IMG/VR virus record: IMGVR_UViG_3300027792_000307
Location: 866 to 64,865 of that record
DNA: 64,000 nucleotides
Source of the DNA: a virus
Taxonomy: Duplodnaviria > Heunggongvirae > Uroviricota > Caudoviricetes
Strand: one strand, 5' to 3'
Made by a program: the position numbers and the translations under genes. Shown in pieces: positions 38,184 to 45,994 of the stretch. Numbering within the stretch: the stretch's first letter is position 1; the number at the start of each line of letters is the position of its first letter. Below the pieces are notes generated by a model. The model saw only the letters and a program-made list of their open reading frames with translations, searched no databases and had not been told where the DNA came from.

Positions 38184-38353
38184 AATACACAATAAATTGT
38201 TATGACACCAATTTTGGACTTGATTTAGCAGCTGGGTTATTTAGATATGACGAAGTTCAAGTTAAAGTAGAAGCTGAAAATAATGATGAAGCGATAGAAA
38301 AAGCAAAAAAGATTGTGAAAAGAAAACACTACAGGGTTGTTGCAGTGGAATGA
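38180..38353 (+). CDS. hypothetical small protein
   Basis: ATGA-overlap start. Confidence 0.45.
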   Translation: MKYTINCYDTNFGLDLAAGLFRYDEVQVKVEAENNDEAIEKAKKIVKRKHYRVVAVE

Positions 38354-38384
38354 AGAATGAGAACATTCCGAAGGAAATTCAAAT

Positions 38385-38801
38385 ATGGATGTGGATATGA
38401 TTGAATTTATAACTTTATTGATTTTTGGTTTAATTGGTTATGGATTTGGGGTTGTTATTGGATATATTTTTAGAACTCCAGAGAAAAAGGTGGAAGTTAG
38501 AGAAATTAACCCAAAAGTTAATGAAAAAGAATGGAAAAAGTGTATGAAGGGATGCGGGGCATATTACCAGGACAATGGAAAAATCTGGGATAATGAAACG
38601 GCTGTTATAGCTCAACAAACTTGTTACGATGGGTATGTTGAAAAACCTAAGAGAATAAAACACGGAAAGTGTAAGACAAATCCAAATGACCCAGGTAAAC
38701 CTTATAGTGAATGTAATAAAAATGTTAAAAAGAAAAAGAAGAAAAAGAATGATAGTAGACTCAAGGGAACCAAAACAAATAATTCAAAAACTAAAAGGTA
38801 A
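38385..38801 (+). CDS. membrane-anchored hypothetical protein with lysine-rich tail
   Basis: N-terminal TM helix. Confidence 0.5.
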   Translation: MDVDMIEFITLLIFGLIGYGFGVVIGYIFRTPEKKVEVREINPKVNEKEWKKCMKGCGAYYQDNGKIWDNETAVIAQQTCYDGYVEKPKRIKHGKCKTNPNDPGKPYSECNKNVKKKKKKKNDSRLKGTKTNNSKTKR

Positions 38802-39381
38802 GAAGGACTTACTTGTAGTTGAGGAATTCATTGAATGTGGAGACTACTTGCTCTCCGATGGTTATGCCGTGGAAAGAAAGACAATACAAGATTTTATTGC
38901 TTCTATTTCAGATAAACGATTGTTTACTCAATTAAACTCTCTAATTCAATACGAAAATCCTATACTTGCTATTATTAACGACAACAAATGGGAAGCGTTC
39001 TATTTTTGCCGTAATAGATATATCCATTCAGTATATTTAGGAACATTAACAACTATCCTATTAAGTTACCCAAAGGTTAAAATAATGCAATTCGACACGG
39101 AAAACGAGTTCGTATCGTTCCTTGCTTCACTTGAAAAGAAACTCAATGAAGATGGAAAGCACCACGAAAGACCAAAATTACTATTAAGAAAACCGCAGAG
39201 TTTACAAGATAGAAAAGAGAACTCCTTGACCTGTGCCAAAAGCATTGGTATAAAGACAGCAAAACTCTGCCTCGGAAGTTACAAAACAATTGATGATATA
39301 TGTAGGGCTTCGCCTAAAGAACTCGAGGCTATATTAGGAAAAAAAGCAGCGGAGAATTTATATGAACTCCTCCATAAATAA
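38749..39381 (+). CDS. ERCC4-type (Hef/XPF/Mus81-like) nuclease with C-terminal helix-hairpin-helix
   Basis: MIVDSREP start, GDYLLSDGYAVERKTIQDF (ERK..D catalytic motif), C-terminal IGIKTAKLCLGSYKTIDDICRASPKELEAILG (HhH). Confidence 0.7.
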   Translation: MIVDSREPKQIIQKLKGKKDLLVVEEFIECGDYLLSDGYAVERKTIQDFIASISDKRLFTQLNSLIQYENPILAIINDNKWEAFYFCRNRYIHSVYLGTLTTILLSYPKVKIMQFDTENEFVSFLASLEKKLNEDGKHHERPKLLLRKPQSLQDRKENSLTCAKSIGIKTAKLCLGSYKTIDDICRASPKELEAILGKKAAENLYELLHK

Positions 39382-39610
39382 AATAAAAGTAGGACAGATA
39401 AGAATTAGAGACATAAGTAGGAATAATTCAGAAAGAAAATTTGTATTCAAAATAATAAAAAAAGATAAATTTTCATATCACATTAGGGTAATGAAAAACG
39501 ATTGGTTTGATAATTATAGTTATCAATACGATATAAATATATATGAAGACGATTATTTTGATGATACCCATATAATAACTAAAAAACAAGCATTTATGGA
39601 ATTAATATGA
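39362..39610 (+). CDS. small protein, array member (KVGQIRIR; tail AFMELI)
   Basis: Family motifs both ends. Confidence 0.55.
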   Translation: MNSSINKIKVGQIRIRDISRNNSERKFVFKIIKKDKFSYHIRVMKNDWFDNYSYQYDINIYEDDYFDDTHIITKKQAFMELI

Positions 39611-39780
39611 AAAAATATTATAGATGGATAACAAGAAACGGAACCCTATTATATATTTATAGTATAGATGGACTAAATATAAAGGCAATATATTCTGATA
39701 TGTTCGCTGAATGGCCGCAACCTTGGGATTATTTAGAAGAAGAAATAACTAAAGAAGAAGCATTTATGGAGATGATATGA
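39607..39780 (+). CDS. small protein, array member (57 aa; tail AFMEMI); below the 60-aa track cutoff
   Basis: ATGA overlaps at both ends; 3' end gcatttatggagatgatATGA. Confidence 0.5.
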   Translation: MKKYYRWITRNGTLLYIYSIDGLNIKAIYSDMFAEWPQPWDYLEEEITKEEAFMEMI

Positions 39781-39962
39781 GCTTAAAACAAAATATCTGT
39801 GAAATCCTCGAAGAATCTGGGTTTGAATTAAAAGGAACACCCGGATACAGAGTTCATATCTATACAAAGGATAATGTTGTTGTGATTGTTGAAGAAAAGG
39901 AATACACCAAATCCTGCGAAGGGTCGTGCTGTGAAAATGGAAAAGGATACCAAAGAGAATAA
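39777..39962 (+). CDS. hypothetical small protein
   Basis: ATGA-overlap start. Confidence 0.45.
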   Translation: MSLKQNICEILEESGFELKGTPGYRVHIYTKDNVVVIVEEKEYTKSCEGSCCENGKGYQRE

Positions 39963-40116
39963 TATACTCTGGGTTATACTGGGTTCCATATTCTGTATAT
40001 TCCTATTTATTGTAAATCCATTTGAACTTTTAGTCCTAGCGGCAATGATTATTTTTCTGGTAGGATTGATGAGTTTTGTTATATGTTATTGTAGATATAA
40101 GGAAAGGAAGAAATGA
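39937..40116 (+). CDS. small membrane protein
   Basis: Two hydrophobic helices. Confidence 0.4.
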   Translation: MEKDTKENNILWVILGSIFCIFLFIVNPFELLVLAAMIIFLVGLMSFVICYCRYKERKK

Positions 40117-40427
40117 AAACGAAAGAAGAATTAGAAGACGAGATTAAAAGTATGGCAAGAAAACGGGATGAGCATATTTTAGAGGCAAACAAGATACAAG
40201 AACAAATGATATATAAAGTGGAACAAATATACGAAATGAGCGAAGATATGGTAAAGATAAAATGTATTACCTGCGGTGGAGTCGGTTACTTAAAAGAAGG
40301 GGAGAAGAAAAAACCTTGTAATCTATGTAATATGAAATGCTATAATTGGATGCCAAAATTCAAGGAGGAAAAAGATGGGGAATTACCTAAAAGAAAACGG
40401 CCTATTCGCTCTGATGATCTTGATTAG
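40113..40427 (+). CDS. coiled-coil / zinc-ribbon hypothetical protein
   Basis: CITCGG..C..CNLCNMKC. Confidence 0.5.
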   Translation: MKTKEELEDEIKSMARKRDEHILEANKIQEQMIYKVEQIYEMSEDMVKIKCITCGGVGYLKEGEKKKPCNLCNMKCYNWMPKFKEEKDGELPKRKRPIRSDDLD

Positions 40428-40617
40428 TCTTATTGTCTCCGGGTTATTTTTCTGGGCAATAGACTATTCTATACACAATAATTTGTTAGAAGTTAGAACT
40501 AATACTTTGGGATATATAATTACCTCGCTGATTCTTGGTTTCTTGGTGGTTTGGTTTGCATATATATCAATCGAGTGGTTAATAAAGAGAAAGAAAAAGA
40601 AAATGTGGCCTTGGTGA
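40375..40617 (+). CDS. small membrane protein
   Basis: AGGAGG 5 nt before ATG; two TM helices. Confidence 0.45.
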   Translation: MGNYLKENGLFALMILISLIVSGLFFWAIDYSIHNNLLEVRTNTLGYIITSLILGFLVVWFAYISIEWLIKRKKKKMWPW

Positions 40618-40620
40618 ATT

Positions 40621-41145
40621 ATGAGTTATAGACCTGTATGTGATGTCTGGCTTTTAGCTAGACCAAAAGTGAAATACTATGGAAGTTATCCAAATGGATT
40701 TCTTGAGCGAGCGAGAACATTACTTGGATGTTCAACAGATGACCCCATACTCCACGTATGTGGAGGAATGGCAAAGGCATATCCTAATAAGAAAGCCTAC
40801 GGACCAAATGACAAAACCTTGGATATAGACCCAGCATTACAACCAGATTTCTGCCAGGATGTAAAGAAAGGAATTCCTCACGGAGATTGGAAGGCAATTC
40901 TAATAGATCCACCTTATACATTAGATGATGCTAGGCACTATAACCAATTCAACGGATTTTTACCAGAACCCAACGAATTAGTTCGGAACGCGATTAATTC
41001 AGTGGCAATCGGTAGATGTGTCGGATTATTACATTATATCGTTCCTGCTTGCCCAAAAAATGCCAAAGAGGTCGCATTAGTTGCGGTTTGTATGGGACAC
41101 AATAATAGAATACGGTGTTTTTCCGTATTTAGGAGAACTGAATGA
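40621..41145 (+). CDS. DPPY-motif DNA amino-methyltransferase (N6A/N4C type), short
   Basis: AILIDPPY read directly (motif IV of amino-MTases); VCGGMA possible SAM motif. Confidence 0.5.
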   Translation: MSYRPVCDVWLLARPKVKYYGSYPNGFLERARTLLGCSTDDPILHVCGGMAKAYPNKKAYGPNDKTLDIDPALQPDFCQDVKKGIPHGDWKAILIDPPYTLDDARHYNQFNGFLPEPNELVRNAINSVAIGRCVGLLHYIVPACPKNAKEVALVAVCMGHNNRIRCFSVFRRTE

Positions 41146-41813
41146 AAGAAAGTAAATTCAACCCGATGGGTATGAAAAAGCAAGATTTGGCTGTGCTATT
41201 CACAGAACATTGTAAGCACGGACATTTATACGCTGAACACCCTGCCTGTTACCTGGCAGAACACGAAGACAAACTTAAGATAGGATTTTTGGACATCGAG
41301 ACCTCCAATTTGAAGGCAGATTTTGGAATTATGCTATCTTATTGTATCAAAGAAGCAAACAACAAGAAAATCCTTGGACGAGCAATAAATAAGAAAGAAC
41401 TCGACAATGGAACCCTCGATAAGGATTTAGTTAAGGAATGTATAGCGGATGTAGGAAAATTTAACCTAATAGTTACCTACTATGGCACGAAGTTCGATGT
41501 CCCATTTATTCGCTCGAGGGCATTATATTGGGATATAGAGTTTCCAAAGTTTGGTAGTCATAATCATAAAGACTGCTATTATATGGTCCGTAATAGATTA
41601 TGTATCCATAGAAACAGAATGGAAGATGCGGCGAGATTACTCGGCATAGAAGGAAAGAACCACATAGATGGATATTATTGGATTACAGCATTAACTGGAA
41701 ATCCGAAGGCACTAGCATATATTCTGGACCACAACGAAAGAGATGTAGAAGTTCTCGAGAAAGTATACTATAAAATGAAGGACTTCTCAAGAGATGTTAG
41801 TAAGAGTATCTAA
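41142..41813 (+). CDS. RNase H-like 3'-5' exonuclease (YprB/PolB-exonuclease-like)
   Basis: IGFLDIETSNL (Exo I-like DIET) and YYGTKFDVPFI (YNG..FD.P-type motif). Confidence 0.6.
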   Translation: MKESKFNPMGMKKQDLAVLFTEHCKHGHLYAEHPACYLAEHEDKLKIGFLDIETSNLKADFGIMLSYCIKEANNKKILGRAINKKELDNGTLDKDLVKECIADVGKFNLIVTYYGTKFDVPFIRSRALYWDIEFPKFGSHNHKDCYYMVRNRLCIHRNRMEDAARLLGIEGKNHIDGYYWITALTGNPKALAYILDHNERDVEVLEKVYYKMKDFSRDVSKSI

Positions 41814-41819
41814 TAATAG

Positions 41820-42020
41820 ATGATAATTGAAGAATTCCCATATAATTTTGGAGTTCCTCCACGAGATATGGTTTTTATCTGGTTCCACAAGAAAGACCTG
41901 GAACCGGACTATATCTTAACTATTGATGAATTCAATGGAGTTAAAAAAATCCTTGGTAAAGATTACAAAAAAGTTTCACTTGAAGAATTTAAAATGGCTT
42001 ATATGGCGGAATTAATATGA
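41820..42020 (+). CDS. small protein, array member (tail YMAELI)
   Basis: ATGA overlap 3'. Confidence 0.5.
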   Translation: MIIEEFPYNFGVPPRDMVFIWFHKKDLEPDYILTIDEFNGVKKILGKDYKKVSLEEFKMAYMAELI

Positions 42021-42229
42021 CAGTTTTAAAAAAAGATTTAAAGAATGGAGCATATTATAGATTTGTAAATCATAGTACTAATTATTTTAAGTTTATTAAA
42101 ATGGGAAAGAATAAAGAATATCCTCTTATATTTAGAGAACCGAGTGGAAGACAATTAGAATGGTCTTTATCTGTATTAGAGATGATAACACCTTTAACAG
42201 AATTAGAGTATTTTCTGGAGGTATTATGA
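42017..42229 (+). CDS. small protein, array member (tail YFLEVL)
   Basis: 3' end tattttctggaggtattATGA. Confidence 0.55.
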   Translation: MTVLKKDLKNGAYYRFVNHSTNYFKFIKMGKNKEYPLIFREPSGRQLEWSLSVLEMITPLTELEYFLEVL

Positions 42230-42417
42230 ATTCCATTGTATTATATAACGAAACTGGAGAAACACTAATTACTATCCACGATGAATTAGAAGTAACTTTA
42301 TCCAATGGGATTAAGTTTATAGTAACACAAGAAGATATACAGAAATTTTGCGATGAGGGCATAGAGAAAATACATACAAAGGATTTATATGATTTTGTAT
42401 TAATAAATAGATTATAG
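42226..42417 (+). CDS. hypothetical small protein
   Basis: ATGA-overlap start. Confidence 0.45.
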   Translation: MNSIVLYNETGETLITIHDELEVTLSNGIKFIVTQEDIQKFCDEGIEKIHTKDLYDFVLINRL

Positions 42418-42426
42418 GTTGATATT

Positions 42427-42627
42427 ATGATTTTTAATAGAAGAATAAGATTATCCAAATTAATAACAACAGATACTCAAAGTTGTAAATCTTGGAATCA
42501 CCCCAGAAAGAATATAAATGAAAGAATATTTATTACTTACGATGAAATTAAAGACTTATTAAGTAGAGGAATAGACCGAGTTAGCGTAAAAGAATTAGAA
42601 ATGTATTTATTTGAAATGAGGTTATAA
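42427..42627 (+). CDS. hypothetical small protein (tail LFEMRL)
   Basis: 66-aa ORF. Confidence 0.45.
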   Translation: MIFNRRIRLSKLITTDTQSCKSWNHPRKNINERIFITYDEIKDLLSRGIDRVSVKELEMYLFEMRL

Positions 42628-42629
42628 AT

Positions 42630-42833
42630 ATGGTAAAAGAATTCCGTAGAGAGGGCTACAAATTAAAAGCCTATGAAGAGGAATCCTACCGGATGGACAT
42701 TGAGGACGACGAAAGCAACATATACACCAGCAAATATTCAAGCAACTGGGAGGAATTATATATGCTTGCAAAAACGCTGGTAAAAGAAGGCAAACGCTGC
42801 ATTATTATGGAGATTCGTTATGAGTTCGAATGA
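42630..42833 (+). CDS. hypothetical small protein
   Basis: 67-aa ORF. Confidence 0.45.
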   Translation: MVKEFRREGYKLKAYEEESYRMDIEDDESNIYTSKYSSNWEELYMLAKTLVKEGKRCIIMEIRYEFE

Positions 42834-43125
42834 TATCGGCTGGAACCACATTATCCTTGAAGGATTTTGTTGCAGAGAATATAATTGTAAGAAAGGTAAG
42901 TATGTATATGAATTCTATATAGATGATAAAAAAGAATTAAGAACCAAGAAAGTTAAAAATTCTTGTTACGATCCTAAATATAAAACACCTAGAAAACCCA
43001 AATATTGTAAAGATAGAATAAACCAAGATTGTTATTTTAAGAAATGCCCCCATTTAGGAATAGGGGAAGTCGAAGAAACAGATTACAAAAAGATTATGAA
43101 GAAAATCAATGAGGTGTATAAATGA
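42820..43125 (+). CDS. Cys-rich hypothetical protein
   Basis: 101-aa ORF with 7 Cys. Confidence 0.45.
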   Translation: MSSNDIGWNHIILEGFCCREYNCKKGKYVYEFYIDDKKELRTKKVKNSCYDPKYKTPRKPKYCKDRINQDCYFKKCPHLGIGEVEETDYKKIMKKINEVYK

Positions 43126-43304
43126 ATTTAAGTGATTACGAGAAATTATTTGGGGAGCACGGACATAAATATATGTATTACCCGAAGGAAATAATACAGG
43201 AGAAACTCAGAAAGGAACTTATAGAAGAACTTTCAAGGGAGTTTCCAGAGAATAAAAAAGAAATTAAGAAAACAATAAATATGTATTTTAGGGGTTATGA
43301 CTAA
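43122..43304 (+). CDS. hypothetical small protein
   Basis: ATGA-overlap start. Confidence 0.45.
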   Translation: MNLSDYEKLFGEHGHKYMYYPKEIIQEKLRKELIEELSREFPENKKEIKKTINMYFRGYD

Positions 43305-43542
43305 ATCTATAATGAATGGAAAAAGATTTACAACAATATTAAATAACTCCAATATCCTTGGCTACGAAATAACAGTTGGAGATGCCGACGAAATAACTTA
43401 TTGTAAATTATACTTTAAGAACGAAAAAGAGGAAATTATAATAACCAATAAAGAATTGGATTTATTAGAAAAAAACAATAAGAATTGGAATGAGTTAAAC
43501 CTCGAGGAATTTAAGAGTTTATTATTTTTCATAAGAATATAG
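43297..43542 (+). CDS. hypothetical protein
   Basis: 81-aa ORF. Confidence 0.45.
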   Translation: MTKSIMNGKRFTTILNNSNILGYEITVGDADEITYCKLYFKNEKEEIIITNKELDLLEKNNKNWNELNLEEFKSLLFFIRI

Positions 43543-43551
43543 TGATTATTT

Positions 43552-44445
43552 ATGAGCGACCTGTTAGATATTCCATTTGGAATTAGAAAATTCAGCCACT
43601 GGAGCAACGGAACTGGCAACCAGATACCGGTGAAAACTAGGGAAGAAATCTATGAACTTGTAGGTAGATACCTTGGTGAGGAGAATATAGGTTTATCAAT
43701 CTGCACCTATGTAGATGAAGTTCCATTTGTAATGTTTGTTCCCTTTGATTTCGATTCAAATGGGGATATTAAACTTGCCTGGAAAGATGCAATAAAACTC
43801 TATAATAAGTTCGTGGAGTTAAACTATAATGTTCGCCTGATATATTCAGGGAAAAAGGGATTCCACGTGATGGTTAAAGTTGTTCCTAAACCATATGGTA
43901 GAGAATGCCTCCGAGCATTCCAGAAGTGGTTTGTGAATATGCTGGATTTAAAAACTGCGGATATTCAAATATTCGGTGATACTAAGAGAATTATGCGGAT
44001 GATTTATACTTATAATATAAAGGGGGATTTATGCCGGGAAATAGCATATAATCCAGGTATTCCTATAGATATTGAAGATTTGCTGTTAACTACCTATGTA
44101 GCAAAACCCACTACATATGAAAAGAGGGAGTTCCACGAGTATCCTTGTATCGAGGAATTAATGAAAACTGATCCAGAACCACGGGAATTGATTAGATTAT
44201 CCTACGTGGCATTAAGACTTGCTAAAGGAATGACCGAGGATGATATTATAGATGAAATGAAAACATTTGATATTGTAGACTTCGATGAGGAATTAAGTAG
44301 AAGAAAAATACAATATATAAATGACGGGGAATACGACCCATTAAGTTGTAGAAGTTTAGATGGAATGGGGTTTTGTTTAAAAGAAAAATGTAAATTATAT
44401 TGCGAGAAGAATATTGATGTGGATGGTTATTTAAATGGCAACTAG
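43552..44445 (+). CDS. archaeo-eukaryotic primase (AEP) PriS-like primase/polymerase
   Basis: Motif I FVPFDFDSNGD (DxD), motif II YSGKKGFHVMV (SGxxGFH), motif III FGDTKRIMRMIYTYNIK. Confidence 0.7.
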   Translation: MSDLLDIPFGIRKFSHWSNGTGNQIPVKTREEIYELVGRYLGEENIGLSICTYVDEVPFVMFVPFDFDSNGDIKLAWKDAIKLYNKFVELNYNVRLIYSGKKGFHVMVKVVPKPYGRECLRAFQKWFVNMLDLKTADIQIFGDTKRIMRMIYTYNIKGDLCREIAYNPGIPIDIEDLLLTTYVAKPTTYEKREFHEYPCIEELMKTDPEPRELIRLSYVALRLAKGMTEDDIIDEMKTFDIVDFDEELSRRKIQYINDGEYDPLSCRSLDGMGFCLKEKCKLYCEKNIDVDGYLNGN

Positions 44446-44758
44446 CGAAGCATTAAGAAAATATAGGAACGCTCAAAAGCGGAGATACTATAAAACAACC
44501 CACGGAAAAGCGATAAAGAAATTCAATAACCGCAGGAGAAGGAAGCGGTTGAAATATTTTAATCTATTTGAAAATCCATTCCCACCGGAAGAGTTTGATA
44601 TAGAATATCATCATATAGACACATTGATAACAGTTCCTATACCAAGAAAGATGCATATTGCAGCGAGAGGATATCAACATCACAAAAAATGCAGGAAGAT
44701 TATTATTGATTTATATGGATTTGATGTTTATGAATTATTTAAAGAGGTTAAAAAATGA
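44435..44758 (+). CDS. basic HNH-like nuclease-domain protein
   Basis: EYHHID..(n)..VPIPRKMH; K/R-rich N-terminus. Confidence 0.45.
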   Translation: MATSEALRKYRNAQKRRYYKTTHGKAIKKFNNRRRRKRLKYFNLFENPFPPEEFDIEYHHIDTLITVPIPRKMHIAARGYQHHKKCRKIIIDLYGFDVYELFKEVKK

Positions 44759-45000
44759 AACCACCAGTTCCTTTCAAGTGGAGAGGGGTCCACCATTCTT
44801 ATCTGGGGGCATTCTTCGTGGCATTCGGGGCATTCTTCTTATATATGAATGCCGGCAATGGATTAGATTTCTTGAATTGCTTCTACTGGATGTTCGTAGT
44901 TACCGGGGTATATTTTATAATTGATGACCTCATAGAACATTTAATCACAGAGGACACGCCGTTAAGAACAATATGGAATAAAATGATAGGAGCAAAATAA
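44755..45000 (+). CDS. small membrane protein
   Basis: Two TM helices. Confidence 0.45.
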   Translation: MKPPVPFKWRGVHHSYLGAFFVAFGAFFLYMNAGNGLDFLNCFYWMFVVTGVYFIIDDLIEHLITEDTPLRTIWNKMIGAK

Positions 45001-45126
45001 TGAAAGAAACGAACGAGAAAGAAATTAGAGCCCTAGCAGAATTACATTGGGAATACGTCGAATCTATATGCCATAAAATGTACGTGGACGCGTTTATCCA
45101 CGGATATGGACACGGAAGAGGTAAAA

Positions 45127-45294
45127 ATGGTAACCTGTAGAAATTGCGGCAAGGAAGTTCCTTGGGTAGACGACGATGGTTATTGTCAAGAATGCCTCGA
45201 TTCCGATGACGAGGATGATGAAGAGTGGACTGGAGAGGAGATGGACGACTTCGCCACTTGTATAATCAATAGTCCATTTAATCCAATAAAATGA
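45127..45294 (+). CDS. zinc-ribbon acidic small protein
   Basis: CRNCGK..CQEC; aggtaaaaATG SD. Confidence 0.45.
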   Translation: MVTCRNCGKEVPWVDDDGYCQECLDSDDEDDEEWTGEEMDDFATCIINSPFNPIK

Positions 45295-45303
45295 GGCAAA
45301 ATA

Positions 45304-45564
45304 ATGTGGTATAACTATGTAATATTTATTGCAGGCTGCGGAACAATAGCGTATCTATGCTATAGGCAAGTGAGTTCTATGGTCTATAATACGTTGTTAA
45401 CTAGAAAGATGAGAGGAGAACAAGTTCCTGGTTTTCCAAAGTTAGATGAATTCGAAGACAATATCAAGGAAATGACCAGGGAAATCATAGAAAATTACGA
45501 AGCTATGAAGGAAAAGAAAACCCGAAAGAAGAAAGATAATAAAGATGACCGAATGTTTCAGTGA
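45304..45564 (+). CDS. membrane-anchored hypothetical protein
   Basis: N-terminal TM helix. Confidence 0.45.
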   Translation: MWYNYVIFIAGCGTIAYLCYRQVSSMVYNTLLTRKMRGEQVPGFPKLDEFEDNIKEMTREIIENYEAMKEKKTRKKKDNKDDRMFQ

Positions 45565-45568
45565 AAAT

Positions 45569-45994
45569 ATGATAAAAATAAACCCAACAAATTATACACT
45601 AAATTATCCACTTGCAGGTGGAGGAAACTGTGGATTTAAATTAGAAACATTGGAAGATATAAATCTTGTAACAGGAACGGGTCCAGTAGATATAGATATA
45701 GGAAATATGATATTAAGAGATTGTTATATAACTGGATATATTAAAAATTGTAATATGGTTAGATATGAAATTGTAGGGTCGGACGAAGCTTGTAATATCC
45801 CTGGAAGAATTGAAGTTGTTATAGAAGGAGTATTTATGTCCTGCGATGAGCAAAAAAAGGTTAAATTCAAGGGAGAAAAGAAATATAGAAATATATGGAA
45901 AACTGATTATGAAAAAGCTACAGAAATACTAGGAAAATTATCTAAAGTTACTTATGAAGAATATGAGAGACAGGTGTTTTCGGAGAGAATATGA
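45569..45994 (+). CDS. hypothetical protein
   Basis: Start at first ATG after upstream stop. Confidence 0.5.
   Translation: MIKINPTNYTLNYPLAGGGNCGFKLETLEDINLVTGTGPVDIDIGNMILRDCYITGYIKNCNMVRYEIVGSDEACNIPGRIEVVIEGVFMSCDEQKKVKFKGEKKYRNIWKTDYEKATEILGKLSKVTYEEYERQVFSERI

Noticed and set aside
9174-42627. Interpreting the conserved C-terminal LEVL motif as a functional peptide signal (e.g. secretion or degradation tag)
   Set aside because: The conservation is at least as strong at nucleotide level (GGAGGTATTATGA) and maps exactly onto SD plus overlapping start of the next gene. Non-family genes followed by an overlapping gene show the same tail. A translational-coupling origin is the more economical explanation, though a dual role is not excluded.
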